This document shows positions 28,865 through 40,585 of a DNA stretch of 64,000 bases, piece by piece. The stretch comes from an uncultured Verrucomicrobiae bacterium (GTDB taxonomy: Bacteria > Verrucomicrobiota > Verrucomicrobiia > Limisphaerales > UBA11358). Made by a program: the position numbers and the translations under genes. Where the stretch lies: positions 57,369 to 121,368 of the forward strand of contig CAWHAH010000002.1 of the NCBI GenBank assembly GCA_963827205.1, read 5' to 3'. Below the pieces are notes generated by a model, which saw only the letters and a list, made by a program, of their open reading frames with translations, was not told the DNA's origin and searched no databases. Each line of letters begins with the position of its first letter. Position 1 is the stretch's first letter.

Positions 28865-29793
28865 GCCTTTTCCCCGCCCGCCAGAATCGTCTGGAAATGC
28901 GGGAGCTGTTCCTCGCGGGCAACGGTGCTGATTTCAATTTTTCTGAAACCCGCCTCCTCCAGCCAGCGCTGTAAATCGCTTTCGGCAAATCCCGGCCACC
29001 GGTCGCCGTAAAGTTCGTGTGCCTTCTCGAAGTGGTGCTTGAGCAAATCCAGAATCATGATTTGCCCGCGTGGCCGGAGGATTTTGTGGGCGGCGGCAAT
29101 CGCTTTCTCCGGTGCTTCTGCGTGATGCAATGCCTGGCTCAAAATCACCAGGTCCACGCTGTTCGCCTCAATCGGCGGGTTCTGCAAATCGCCGAGGCGG
29201 AATTCCAAGTTCTTCAGCCCGTTCTTTTTTGCCTTGGCCGCGCCAAACGCGACGATTTTTTCCGAGTTGTCCACAGCAATGACCTTTTTGCAGCGGCGCG
29301 CGAGCAATTCGCTCAACAGGCCTTCGCCCGCACCGAGGTCGGCCACGACGAGCGGTGGCAGGATGCGCAGCAACAAATGTCCGAACGCCTGCCACGAACG
29401 CCCCGGGCCATAGACACGATCGAACCGGCCGGCAATCTGGTTGAAAAAGACCTGCGCCTGCTCGCGGCGGCGAGCGGTGACGCGCTTTAAATTGATCTGG
29501 TCGCCCGCGTGCTCGGGCAACTCCTTCGCGCCGCGGATAGCGAGTTGGATGAATTCGCGCGCCGCGCCATCCGCATTCGGGTTCAGCTTGTAGAATGTCC
29601 GCTTGCCCTCGCGCCGCGATTGCACCAGTTCCGAGTCCTGCAGCAGGCCGAGATGCGTGGAGATGCGCGACTGGCCGAGCCGCGTGATTTCCTGCAGCTC
29701 GTTCACGGACAATTCATCGCGTTCCAGCAGCGCGACAATCCGCAGCCGCGTCGGGTCGGACAAGGTCCGTAAAGATTTCAACGTTGAAGACAT
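28861..29793 (-). CDS. ArsR-family HTH fused to a SAM-dependent methyltransferase domain (SahR-like regulator)
   Basis: LSDPTRLRIV, ELSVNEL, QSRISTHL; ADLGAGEG, QALHHA; divergent from metK-ahcY. Confidence 0.88.
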   Translation of the reverse strand: MSSTLKSLRTLSDPTRLRIVALLERDELSVNELQEITRLGQSRISTHLGLLQDSELVQSRREGKRTFYKLNPNADGAAREFIQLAIRGAKELPEHAGDQINLKRVTARRREQAQVFFNQIAGRFDRVYGPGRSWQAFGHLLLRILPPLVVADLGAGEGLLSELLARRCKKVIAVDNSEKIVAFGAAKAKKNGLKNLEFRLGDLQNPPIEANSVDLVILSQALHHAEAPEKAIAAAHKILRPRGQIMILDLLKHHFEKAHELYGDRWPGFAESDLQRWLEEAGFRKIEISTVAREEQLPHFQTILAGGEKA

Positions 29794-29829
29794 TTTCGTA
29801 TCATCAGATTGCTTGTTCCACCTGCCACG

Positions 29830-29976
29830 CTCATTAACTTCGGGCTTCAGCCCGGTGATACATAAACGCCGAGCCTGAAACCGTTTCAACAATTTTCCGC
29901 CCGTGCGACAAGCCGTTAAAACGGCTGGCATGTTCTGTTCACCAATCACACCGGGCTGAAGCCCGATGTTAATGAG
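29830..29976. repeat. 147-bp MITE-like element with 28-bp terminal inverted repeats
   Basis: CTCATTAACTTCGGGCTTCAGCCCGGTG / CACCGGGCTGAAGCCCGATGTTAATGAG (27/28 match). Confidence 0.8.
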
Positions 29977-30030
29977 AATGAACGGCAGCTTTGCGTTTCA
30001 GACCCACGCCTTTCTTTTCGCAAAAATTAT

Positions 30031-30071
30031 TTGACGCGCGTCATTCCTGATATATCATCTTATCTTGATAC
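30031..30071 (+). promoter_or_regulatory. metK promoter with overlapping SahR-like operator
   Basis: TTGACG-16 nt-TATCAT; imperfect palindrome ATATCA-TCTTATCT-TGATAC at 30052-30071. Confidence 0.6.
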
Positions 30072-30113
30072 GTCAATATGTAATTGGCAGCCAAAACAAC
30101 GCCTCCAAATTGA

Positions 30114-31307
<1,194 letters not shown>

Positions 31308-31334
31308 CCCGTCACGATTCACGCATCACGATTT

Positions 31335-32900
31335 ATGGCAACCATCAAACTTTCCCCTCCACGCACCAAACCTGCCAAAGCCAATGGCAACGGCGCGAGA
31401 CAAGATTATTACGTCCGCGATATTTCGCTGGCCGACTTGGGCCGGCGCGAAATGTCCGTCGCCGAACAGGAAATGCCCGGTCTCATGTCCATCCGCGCCA
31501 AATACGGTCGGCAAAAGCCGCTCAAGGGCGTGCGTGTCTCCGGTTCATTGCACATGACCATCGAGACTGCCGTGCTCATCGAGACGCTGGTCGAACTTGG
31601 CGCGTCCGTGCGTTGGGCGAGTTGCAACATTTTTTCGACGCAGGACCAGGCCGCCGCCGCGATTGCGAAAACCGGCGTGCCGGTGTTCGCGTTCAAGGGC
31701 GAATCGCTGGAGGAATACTGGCAGTTCACGCTCAACATGCTGACGCATCCGGGCAACCAAGGCCCGCAACTGGTCGTGGACGACGGCGGCGACGCCACCT
31801 TGCTCCTGCACAAAGGCTATGAAATGGAACAGGGTGACAACTGGGTCAACACGCCCGGCGACAGCCACGAAGTTTCCGTCGTCAAAAATCTTTTGAAGGA
31901 ATGTGCGAAAGAACGTCCGGGCTGGTTCACGCAGGCCGTCAAGGACTGGAAAGGTGTCAGCGAAGAAACCACCACCGGCGTGCATCGGCTTTACCAGATG
32001 CTCGAGGCTAAAAAACTGCTCGTGCCCGCTATCAACGTCAACGATTCCGTGACCAAATCGAAATTCGATAATCTTTACGGCTGCCGCGAATCGCTCGCCG
32101 ACGGACTCAAACGCGCGCTCGGTGTGATGATTGCCGGCAAGACCGCCTGCGTCTGCGGTTACGGCGACGTCGGCAAGGGCTGCGCCCATTCATTGCGCGG
32201 CTTTGGCGCGCGTGTCATCGTCACCGAGATTGACCCCATCAACGCGTTGCAGGCGGCGATGGAAGGATTCAAGGTCACGACCATCGAGGAGACGCTCGGT
32301 GAAGCGGACATTTACGTGACCACCACCGGCAACTGCAACGTCATCACCTTGGAACACATTTTGAAGATGAAAGACCAAGCCATCGTCTGCAACATCGGCC
32401 ACTTCGACAACGAGATCCAGGTGAACCGGCTCAACACGCATTCAGGGGTCAAGAAGGTGAACATCAAGCCGCAGGTGGACCGCTACGATTTGCCCGCCTG
32501 CGTGGATGAAGCCAGCGCAACAACTCAGCCAGCGCAATCCGGTGACTCGGCTACAGACTCGAAGAGCAACGACACTTCGGCGCGGCGAAGGCCCGGTGAC
32601 CGGAGCATTTATCTGCTAGCCGAGGGCCGGCTGGTGAACCTCGGCTGCGCCGAAGGCCATCCAAGCTTTGTCATGTCGAATTCATTTACGAACCAGGTGC
32701 TCGCGCAACTTGATCTCTGGAAGAACAAGGATAGCTACAAAGTCGGTGTCTATCGTTTGCCCAAGAAACTGGATGAGGAAGTCGCCCGGCTGCACTTGGA
32801 AAAAATCGGCGTGAAACTCACCAGGCTGACGAAGAAACAGGCCGATTATCTCGGCGTGCCGATGGACGGTCCCTACAAGCCGGAGCATTACCGGTATTGA
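31335..32900 (+). CDS. ahcY: Adenosylhomocysteinase
   Basis: [51 protein letters not shown]. Confidence 0.98.
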   Translation: MATIKLSPPRTKPAKANGNGARQDYYVRDISLADLGRREMSVAEQEMPGLMSIRAKYGRQKPLKGVRVSGSLHMTIETAVLIETLVELGASVRWASCNIFSTQDQAAAAIAKTGVPVFAFKGESLEEYWQFTLNMLTHPGNQGPQLVVDDGGDATLLLHKGYEMEQGDNWVNTPGDSHEVSVVKNLLKECAKERPGWFTQAVKDWKGVSEETTTGVHRLYQMLEAKKLLVPAINVNDSVTKSKFDNLYGCRESLADGLKRALGVMIAGKTACVCGYGDVGKGCAHSLRGFGARVIVTEIDPINALQAAMEGFKVTTIEETLGEADIYVTTTGNCNVITLEHILKMKDQAIVCNIGHFDNEIQVNRLNTHSGVKKVNIKPQVDRYDLPACVDEASATTQPAQSGDSATDSKSNDTSARRRPGDRSIYLLAEGRLVNLGCAEGHPSFVMSNSFTNQVLAQLDLWKNKDSYKVGVYRLPKKLDEEVARLHLEKIGVKLTRLTKKQADYLGVPMDGPYKPEHYRY

Positions 32901-33327
32901 GCGGATCTACCAAAATCTTGCGATACGAACTGGCCATGATATAATTTTTGTCCCGTGCAATGGTCTTTACATAAAGCTATCTTTGAATTGCGCTATCCTG
33001 CGACGTTTTTTGATGTGGGACCGAGCAGGTCAAAATAACGGCTTCTTTACGTAAGGAATTACCAGATTTCGAAGTCTGGTGAAGCAAATCCGGCCAAAGT
33101 TGACCTCAATAATACAAAAAGCAGCGCAATGATCAGTTTCACTGCCATTGGTTGAGGCGTCATTTGGGAATGCGGTCGAGCGCGGCAAGCGCAAATCGCA
33201 GTTGCAATTCCGTGGGCCAGTGGTATTTGTGTCACATGTGCAAGGTCGCCTCAGTATCCGGTAGCCGTAGGTTCCTGCGGCCCGCATTAGGCCGTCCCCA
33301 AGGTCGCAAGCTGGAGAGGAAATATTC

Positions 33328-34260
33328 ATGAACCCCCCGCGTCACAACCGTTACGGATTGAATCGTCGTGAATTCATCAAAACCTCGACCGCGCTGGCGG
33401 GCACGGCGTTGCTCTCACCGTGGGCGCTGGCCGAGACCGGCACAACCGCCAGCCCGACCGTCGCGCGCACCGCCACGGACCAGGTGACGCTGGGCAAGAC
33501 CGGCATCAAACTGAGCCGGCTGGGGTTTGGCACCGGCAGCGACAACGGACACATACAAACCGCGGAGGGCAAGGACGCGTTCGTCAACCTCATTCATTAC
33601 GCCTATGACCGCGGCATCACTTATTTTGACACCGCCCAGGCCTACCAGACATTTGGTTTGATTGCCGATGCCATCAAAGGATTGCCGCGGGAAAAGCTTT
33701 TCATCCAGTCCAAGGTGGACGGCCAGCCGGAGGACGTGCTGGCTGTCATTGACCAGCACCGTAAAACCTTCAACACCGATTACGTTGACAGCCTGCTCAT
33801 TCATTGCATGACGCGCGGCCAGTGGACGGATGAATGGAAACGCATCATGGACGGCTTCAACGAGGCCCGGGAACGGAAATGGATCCGGGCCAAGGGCGTT
33901 TCCTGTCACAGTTTGCCCGCGTTGCGCGCCGCCGTCGCCTCGGATTGGACCGAAGTGCACCTGGTCCGCGTGAACCCGCAGGGCGCTTTCACCGATGGCG
34001 ATAGCGGTTACTGGGGCAGTCGCCGCCATGACATCGCCCCGGTGATGAAGGAAATCAAAACCATGCACACGAAGGGCCGCGGCGTGATTGGCATGAAAAT
34101 CTGCGGCAACGGCACGTTCACCGACCCGGCCGACCGCGAGAAATCCATCCGCTTTGCCATGGCCTGCCGGGACATTGACGCCGTGGTCATCGGGTTCAAA
34201 AGCCGTCAGGAAATTGACGAAGCCATCGAACGGATCAATCGTGCGTTGAAGGAAACTTGA
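33328..34260 (+). CDS. Aldo/keto reductase with Tat-like signal
   Basis: NRREFIK signal; LGKTG..SRLGFGT, FDTAQAY, DYVDSLLIH. Confidence 0.88.
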   Translation: MNPPRHNRYGLNRREFIKTSTALAGTALLSPWALAETGTTASPTVARTATDQVTLGKTGIKLSRLGFGTGSDNGHIQTAEGKDAFVNLIHYAYDRGITYFDTAQAYQTFGLIADAIKGLPREKLFIQSKVDGQPEDVLAVIDQHRKTFNTDYVDSLLIHCMTRGQWTDEWKRIMDGFNEARERKWIRAKGVSCHSLPALRAAVASDWTEVHLVRVNPQGAFTDGDSGYWGSRRHDIAPVMKEIKTMHTKGRGVIGMKICGNGTFTDPADREKSIRFAMACRDIDAVVIGFKSRQEIDEAIERINRALKET

Positions 34261-34505
34261 TCGCGCAGGCCGGAGCAGTGTCAGCATTATCAATGCAGCA
34301 CAGATATTTTTCCTGCAATTGGCCGACAGAGCCATTGCGTTGCTTTCAAAGGCGAATGCGCATCCCGTTCGTCTCTTTGTCAACACGCTGTTTACCCGAT
34401 CAAACCGGCTGGCGCAGCCGCTCGTTTCTCATCGTTTGACGCCGCTCGCCAACGGGAAACGAACCGGTTAATGTTCCCGCGTTCGCCTTAAACAGTTACG
34501 CAACC

Positions 34506-36332
34506 ATGAAATCATCGAATCGCATCATTCTAATGGCAAGCCTGGCACTTTTCACCGCCACCGCCACCGCCGCATGGCAGCCGGCGCAAGGCCCGTTGAT
34601 GACGCGCTGGGCCAAAGACGTGAAATCGGACAAGGCATTGCCCGAATACCCGCGTCCGCAAATGGTGCGCGCCACATGGCAGAACCTCAACGGCCTTTGG
34701 GACTACGCCATCGTCGCAAAAGATTCCGCGCGACCGGTGCAATGGGCCGGGCAAATCCTCGTGCCGTTTCCCATCGAGTCGGCGCTCTCCGGCGTGATGA
34801 AGCCGCTCAGTCCGGACCAGCGCCTTTGGTATCGCCGCGCGTTCGACGTGCCGAAAAAATGGAAGGGCAAACGCGTCCTGCTGCACTTTGGCGCGATGGA
34901 TTGGGAAACGACCGTCTTCGTCAACGGCCAGGAAGTGGGCACGCATCGCGGCGGTTACGATGGGTTCAGTTTTGATATTACCGACGCGCTCAAGCCAGCG
35001 GGCGAGCAGGAAATTGTCGTTGCGGTTTGGGACCCGACTGATGACGGCCCGCAAGCGCACGGCAAGCAGGTGCGCCATCCCAACGGCATTTGGTACACCT
35101 CCACGAGCGGCATCTGGCAGACGGTGTGGCTGGAACCGGTGGACCTCGATCGAATCGAATCTTTAAAGGTTACACCGGACTTCGATCAATCGGCGGTGAA
35201 CGTTGATGTCACAACCTTCGCTTCTCCCGGAGGAGAGTTGACGATCAAGGTGGAGGCATTGGACGGGAAAAAGATTGTCGCGTCGAACCAACTTCCCGTC
35301 ACAAGCGCGAAAGGCCAGTCGCGTTCACATATTAGACTTAACCTTCCGAAGGCGAAGTCGTGGTCGCCAGACAATCCATTCCTGTACGGCCTGAAGCTCA
35401 CGCTCCACGAGGACGGCAAGAAGATGGACGAGGTAAACAGCTATTTCGGCATGAGAAAAATTTCCGTCAGCCCGGACGCCGACGGCACGCCACGTCTTTG
35501 CCTGAACAACCAGCCGCTGTTCCAGTTCGGTCCGCTCGACCAGGGTTTCTGGCCCGATGGAATCTACACCGCGCCCACCGACGAAGCGCTCCGCTACGAC
35601 ATCGAGACGATCAAGAAACTCGGATTCAACCTGGCCCGCAAACACGTCAAGGTGGAGCCGGACCGCTGGTACTATTGGGCGGACAAACTCGGCCTGCTCG
35701 TCTGGCAGGACATGCCGAGCAGCAGCGTCGGCGACAGCCAGACTGACAAAATCCGTGCGGGGAACGAAGAAGCGGCGAATCAGTTCGAAACGGAGCTGAG
35801 AGCGCTCATCGAAGGCCGCGGCAATCATCCCTGCATTGTCATGTGGGTCCCGTTCAACGAGGGCTGGGGACAATACGACACCGCCCGCATCGCTGAAACG
35901 GTCAAACAACTCGACCCCTCGCGCCTCGTGGACAATGCCAGCGGTTGGACCGACCACGGCGCCGGCGATGTGCGGGACATTCATCATTATCCCGCACCGG
36001 CCGTGCCGAAACTTGAAACCAATCGCGCCGCTGTGCTCGGCGAATTCGGCGGACTTGGCCTGCCGGTGCCCGGCCACACGTGGCAGGCGGAAAAGAACTG
36101 GGGCTACCAGAGCTTTACCAACTCCGCCGCGCTCACGGCCGCTTATCTCGAACTCGTGGAAAAATTGCGTCCACTTGCCGGCAAGCCCGGCCTGGCCGCC
36201 GCTGTTTACACGCAGACGACCGATTGCGAGGTCGAGGTGAACGGTCTGATGACTTACGACCGGGCAATCGTCAAAATGGATGCCGCGAAAATCGCCGAAG
36301 CGAACCGGCGGATTTATCTGCCCGCGCCGTAA
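34506..36332 (+). CDS. Secreted glycoside hydrolase family 2
   Basis: Signal peptide; NLNGLWD, LHFGAMD, HRGGY, SGIWQTV, WVPFNEGW, GEFGG. Confidence 0.92.
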   Translation: MKSSNRIILMASLALFTATATAAWQPAQGPLMTRWAKDVKSDKALPEYPRPQMVRATWQNLNGLWDYAIVAKDSARPVQWAGQILVPFPIESALSGVMKPLSPDQRLWYRRAFDVPKKWKGKRVLLHFGAMDWETTVFVNGQEVGTHRGGYDGFSFDITDALKPAGEQEIVVAVWDPTDDGPQAHGKQVRHPNGIWYTSTSGIWQTVWLEPVDLDRIESLKVTPDFDQSAVNVDVTTFASPGGELTIKVEALDGKKIVASNQLPVTSAKGQSRSHIRLNLPKAKSWSPDNPFLYGLKLTLHEDGKKMDEVNSYFGMRKISVSPDADGTPRLCLNNQPLFQFGPLDQGFWPDGIYTAPTDEALRYDIETIKKLGFNLARKHVKVEPDRWYYWADKLGLLVWQDMPSSSVGDSQTDKIRAGNEEAANQFETELRALIEGRGNHPCIVMWVPFNEGWGQYDTARIAETVKQLDPSRLVDNASGWTDHGAGDVRDIHHYPAPAVPKLETNRAAVLGEFGGLGLPVPGHTWQAEKNWGYQSFTNSAALTAAYLELVEKLRPLAGKPGLAAAVYTQTTDCEVEVNGLMTYDRAIVKMDAAKIAEANRRIYLPAP

Positions 36333-36426
36333 TGGTCGGGCTTTTTTTCGGTTTCATTGCTTGACGGGGCCGCCTTCTTCCCGGATGTTCTCCCGCCCGC
36401 AAACAACCAAGCGGCTTAATAACTGA

Positions 36427-37122
36427 ATGAAATCATATCTAATCCCGACCCTCGCCCTCGGATTGCTCGTGAGTTCCGCGGTGGCGCAGGACAAACCCGA
36501 TCTCACGAATCCGAAACAGAAAACCAGCTACGCCCTCGGCGTGAACATCGGTTCAAGCCTCAAGGCCCAGGAACTGGACCTCGATGCCAAGGCTCTGGCT
36601 GCAGGCGTCGCCGACGCGCTGGGGGGCAAGCCGGCGCTGACGGAGGAGGAAGTGCGTGACACGCTGATGAAGCTCAGGCAGGACGTCGCGGCCAAGAGCG
36701 CGGCCGAAGCCGCCAAATATGCCGATGGCGCAAAAAACCTCAAAGATGGCGAGGCTTTTCTCGCGGAGAATGCCAAAAAGGAAGGTGTCAAAACCACGCC
36801 CAGCGGACTGCAATATAAAGTCCTCAAATCCGGCACCGGCGAGATGCCTAAAAAAACCGACACGGTCACGGTGCATTACACCGGCACGCTGATTGACGGG
36901 ACGGTCTTTGACAGTTCCGTGCAACGCGGCCAGCCGGCCACCTTCCCCGTCGGGGGCGTGATCCCGGGCTGGACCGAGGCGCTGCAGATGATGAAGGTGG
37001 GCGACAAGTGGCAATTGTTCCTCCCGGCGAAGCTGGCCTACGGCGAACAAAGCCCAAGCCCGAAGATTGGTCCGAATAGCACCTTGATCTTCGAAGTGGA
37101 ATTGCTTGGCATCGAAAAGTAA
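36427..37122 (+). CDS. FKBP-type peptidyl-prolyl isomerase (FkpA/FklB/Mip-like)
   Basis: SYALG, SGLQY, VHYTGTLIDGTVFDSS, VIPGWTEAL, LIFEVELL. Confidence 0.95.
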   Translation: MKSYLIPTLALGLLVSSAVAQDKPDLTNPKQKTSYALGVNIGSSLKAQELDLDAKALAAGVADALGGKPALTEEEVRDTLMKLRQDVAAKSAAEAAKYADGAKNLKDGEAFLAENAKKEGVKTTPSGLQYKVLKSGTGEMPKKTDTVTVHYTGTLIDGTVFDSSVQRGQPATFPVGGVIPGWTEALQMMKVGDKWQLFLPAKLAYGEQSPSPKIGPNSTLIFEVELLGIEK

Positions 37123-37141
37123 ACGGGTCCGGTTTTACACC

Positions 37142-37172
37142 AGGCGGTCCGCTTCCGGCAGGCCGCCTTTTT
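37142..37172 (+). terminator. Putative intrinsic terminator
   Basis: GGCGGTC/GGCCGCC stem followed by TTTTT, just after the FKBP gene. Confidence 0.55.
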
Positions 37173-37190
37173 ATTTCCACCACAAGGCGC

Positions 37191-38390
37191 TCACCATTCC
37201 CGCAACGCCGATGCAATGGGCAGGCGCGCGGCGCGAATGGCCGGGAACAAACCGCCGATCAGACCGATGGCCGCTGACCACACGATGCCGCGCACCAGCA
37301 AGGGTGGCGTGACTTTGAAGGCGAACGTAACCTGGCTGAAGCTCTGGAAGTTCATCGTCGAGGTGTGAAAATTATTGAAGGCAACGTAGGCCAGCGCACC
37401 GCCGATGACGCCACCGACCAGCGCCAGCAAGAGCGATTCAAGCATGAGTGAAACCACCACCGCGCCGCTGCCGAAGCCGAGCGCCCGCAGCGTGGCGATT
37501 TCCCGTGTCCGCGCTGCGACCGCACCATACATCGTGTTCAGTGCGCCGAACACGGCGCCAACGGCCATCAAAAAAGCGATGAGGAACCCGAGCGTCGTGA
37601 TCAGCCGCGTCATGGTTTCGGATTGCTGGGCGTAATAATCGGATTGCCGGATGACCTGCACGTTGAGCTGCGGATTGGAGGTGAGTGAATCCTTGAACGC
37701 CTGAAACGCGGCCGGCGAATTCAGTTTGGCAGAGACGGATTGGAACGAGTCGCCGCGATGGTAGGCGGCCTGCAACACCTTGGCGTCCGTCCAGATTTCC
37801 GATTCCGCCACGCCGCCGTTGGCCGAAAAGATTCCGGCCACGGGCCATTCATAGCGGCCCACTTTCATGTTCGAGCCGACTTCCAGTCCGGCGAATTCCT
37901 GGGCCGCGCCGCGACCGACGATGACTTCGTCCTTGCCCCAGTCAAACATCCGGCCCTGGATGATTTTCAAATTGTCGCGCACCAGCAACGCGGCCGGCTC
38001 CACGCCACGCAACGGCACGTTGGCGTCCGTGCCGGTCGAGCGTTTGGGCAGGTCAATGATGACGAACAATTCCGCGGACGCGAGCGGGCCCTGGGCCGTG
38101 CGCGCGAGTCCCGGCGCATCGGCGATAATGCGCGTCTCGTCGCGTCCAAACCAACTGACCATTTCGCTGTCGGCGCCGCTGCGCAAAACAATCGCGCCGT
38201 CGGGCGAGCCGGAAACGGTCATGGCCTGCCGGAAACCGGCCGCGATGGAAAGCACGCCGACGAGCACAGCCACGACGCCGGCAATGCCGATGACCGTGGC
38301 CGCCACGGCGCCGCGCCGTTGGGGGAGACTCATCAAACCGAATTTGGTGATGGATCCGATTTGCGAAAACCAGTTGAGGGGGCCGGCCAT
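37191..38390 (-). CDS. ABC transporter permease (MacB/FtsX-like)
   Basis: RTREIATLRALGF, GGLFPAIRAARL; start set at ATG 38390. Confidence 0.92.
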   Translation of the reverse strand: MAGPLNWFSQIGSITKFGLMSLPQRRGAVAATVIGIAGVVAVLVGVLSIAAGFRQAMTVSGSPDGAIVLRSGADSEMVSWFGRDETRIIADAPGLARTAQGPLASAELFVIIDLPKRSTGTDANVPLRGVEPAALLVRDNLKIIQGRMFDWGKDEVIVGRGAAQEFAGLEVGSNMKVGRYEWPVAGIFSANGGVAESEIWTDAKVLQAAYHRGDSFQSVSAKLNSPAAFQAFKDSLTSNPQLNVQVIRQSDYYAQQSETMTRLITTLGFLIAFLMAVGAVFGALNTMYGAVAARTREIATLRALGFGSGAVVVSLMLESLLLALVGGVIGGALAYVAFNNFHTSTMNFQSFSQVTFAFKVTPPLLVRGIVWSAAIGLIGGLFPAIRAARLPIASALREW

Positions 38391-38401
38391 AGTCAATCTC
38401 C

Positions 38402-38523
38402 AAAATCCAAGCGCCAAGCACCAGAGAAGCGCCAACCTTCAAATCCCGGGCGTCCACGTCCGGCGGTTTGGAGCTTGGTGCTTGGAATATCTCTGGAGCT
38501 TGGATGTTGGTGTTTGGAAGTTT
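38402..38523. repeat. Inverted 7-bp-period array, same family as 3773-3900
   Basis: aatccaagcgccaagcaccagagaa ... ttggagcttggtgcttggaatatctctggagcttggatgttggtgtttggaagttt. Confidence 0.8.
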
Positions 38524-38529
38524 TCATTT

Positions 38530-39687
38530 TCACATTCGTCTTAAGGCATCGGCGACACGCAGGCGCATGGCCTGGAGCGCGGGAAAAATTCCGGTGACCA
38601 AACCCAGCACGAGGCTGAGTCCCAGCCCGATGAACAAAGCGCGCGTGGGAAGAAAGAACATGGGCAGCAGACCGGCCAGGTTTTGGGCCAGGACCGGCGT
38701 GATCGCGCGCGCCAGTCCCAAACCAACGGTTCCGCCGATGACAGTGAGCAGGCACGATTCCGCGAGCACGAGCGCCACCACCTGCGCGTTGGTGAAGCCA
38801 ATGGCCTTGAGCACCCCCAACTCGCCCGTCCGCTCGCGCACGGCCTGCGCCATGGTGTTGCCGGTCACGAGCAGGATGGTGAAGAACACCGCACTCAGAA
38901 TCGCCGCGACGATGAAGACGATGTTGCCGATCTGGCTGGCCCAGCCTTGAATAAACGCGCCTTCCGGCTCGGTCTTGGTTTCCGCCGGCGAATTTTCAAA
39001 TTCCTCGTCCACCCGTTTGGTCACTTCCGCCGCCTGCGCCGGATCCTTGATGCGGATGGTGTACCAGCCGACCTGTCCCTTGCCATACGACCGCGACTCG
39101 TCAAAATAATCGTAGCGGAAGAACAACGGCGTGGTGTCCGTGCCCTTATCTTTCCCGTCGTAAATGCCCACGATGTCAAACGTCCAGGTCTGGCTTCCAT
39201 CCGGCAGTGTCCAAATGGTAGATTTAATGGGAATTTTGTCGCCGATTTTCCAATGGAAGCGTTCCGCCGTCCGGCGGCCGACAATGGCGCCCGTCCGCGT
39301 GGCCAGCCAGACCTTCTCCTGTTCCGGCGGCAGGATGATTTCAGGATGTATCTTGAGAAATTTCTCCGGCTCGACGGGATTTTGCATGAAGAAATTTTTC
39401 GGGTCCTGGTAAATGCCGCCGAACCAGGTTTGGTGCGTGGCGAAATCCACGCCGGGGATTCGCTCCATGCGCGCCTCGTAACTCACCGGGAGGAGATTGA
39501 TGATGGAAACTTTTTGACGGACGATCAGCCGGTCCGCGCCGGCCAGTTCCACGCCGCCAACCAGCGCCTGTTGGATGGCCGACAGAAACCCGAACAGGAC
39601 GAATGCCACGACAATGGACAGCAGCGTCAGCGACGTGCGGAGTTTCTTCCGCTTCAAATTGCACCAGATGAGGTGAAGAAATTTCAT
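38530..39687 (-). CDS. ABC transporter permease (MacB/FtsX-like)
   Basis: RKKLRTSLTLLSI, VRERTGELGVLKAIGF, ADALR. Confidence 0.92.
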   Translation of the reverse strand: MKFLHLIWCNLKRKKLRTSLTLLSIVVAFVLFGFLSAIQQALVGGVELAGADRLIVRQKVSIINLLPVSYEARMERIPGVDFATHQTWFGGIYQDPKNFFMQNPVEPEKFLKIHPEIILPPEQEKVWLATRTGAIVGRRTAERFHWKIGDKIPIKSTIWTLPDGSQTWTFDIVGIYDGKDKGTDTTPLFFRYDYFDESRSYGKGQVGWYTIRIKDPAQAAEVTKRVDEEFENSPAETKTEPEGAFIQGWASQIGNIVFIVAAILSAVFFTILLVTGNTMAQAVRERTGELGVLKAIGFTNAQVVALVLAESCLLTVIGGTVGLGLARAITPVLAQNLAGLLPMFFLPTRALFIGLGLSLVLGLVTGIFPALQAMRLRVADALRRM

Positions 39688-39722
39688 CGGTAACTATTTG
39701 GCTTCGAATTGGAATCGATCTT

Positions 39723-39855
39723 CCCCTCACCCAGACCCTCTCCCTCGGGGAGAGGGGACAGCCAAGTTCGCCATTCCAAATTTTTAATGGCGCATGATTC
39801 GCCGACAGATTGCCGATAATTCTCCCTCTCCTGGGGGAGAGGGCCGGGGTGAGGG
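39723..39855. repeat. Inverted pair of CCCTCACCC..GAGAGGG palindromic units
   Basis: Right arm AATTCTCCCTCTCCTGGGGGAGAGGGCCGGGGTGAGGGCGG is nearly identical to 897-937. Confidence 0.85.
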
Positions 39856-39877
39856 CGGGCGTATGGATCTCTGCTGC

Positions 39878-40585
39878 TCATTTCACCTCTCCGTTGCTCA
39901 ATTGTCCCTTGTCAAGATGCAGCGTCCGGATCGCGCGCGCCGAAGCGTGCGGGTCGTGTGTGACCATGATGATGGTTTTACCGTGCTCGCGGTTGAGCGC
40001 CTGGAGCAAATCCAGGATTTCGTCGCCGGCCTTGCGATCCAGGTCGCCGGTGGGTTCGTCGCACAGCAGCAACGTCGGGTCGGTGACGATGCCGCGGGCG
40101 ATACCGACACGCTGCTGTTCGCCGCCCGAGAGCGTGCGCGGATAATGTTTCGCGCGATGCGACAGTCCGACCACCGCCAACGCCGTCTCCACATGCTTTT
40201 GCCGGTCCGCCTTGGAGAGGTGGGTCAACAACAACGGCAGTTCCACGTTCCGCTCCGCGGTCAGCACTGGCATCAGGTTGTAAAGCTGGAAAACGAAACC
40301 AACGTGCCGCGCGCGCCACGCGGCGAGGGCGCGGTCGGACAATTGATCAATGTGCTCACCGGCGACGCTGACCGAGCCTTTGGTCGGGCGGTCAAGGCCA
40401 CCGATCAAATTCAACAGCGTGGTCTTCCCGGAACCCGACGGCCCCATTAGCGCGAGGAATTCGCCGGCGGGAACCCGCAAATGCAGGTCTGACAGAACGT
40501 GAATGTCTTCCGAGCCGCGATGGAAAACCTTTTCCACGCCCTCGACCAGCACCAGCGCGCTGGAGTTTGATTTGCTTTCGTTCAT
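39878..40585 (-). CDS. ABC transporter ATP-binding protein
   Basis: GPSGSGKT, LSGGEQQRV, CDEPTGDLD, VTHD. Confidence 0.96.
   Translation of the reverse strand: MNESKSNSSALVLVEGVEKVFHRGSEDIHVLSDLHLRVPAGEFLALMGPSGSGKTTLLNLIGGLDRPTKGSVSVAGEHIDQLSDRALAAWRARHVGFVFQLYNLMPVLTAERNVELPLLLTHLSKADRQKHVETALAVVGLSHRAKHYPRTLSGGEQQRVGIARGIVTDPTLLLCDEPTGDLDRKAGDEILDLLQALNREHGKTIIMVTHDPHASARAIRTLHLDKGQLSNGEVK

Noticed and set aside
29977-30113. SAM/SAH riboswitch upstream of metK
   Set aside because: The leader is short and I saw no recognisable aptamer motifs; a protein operator fits better.
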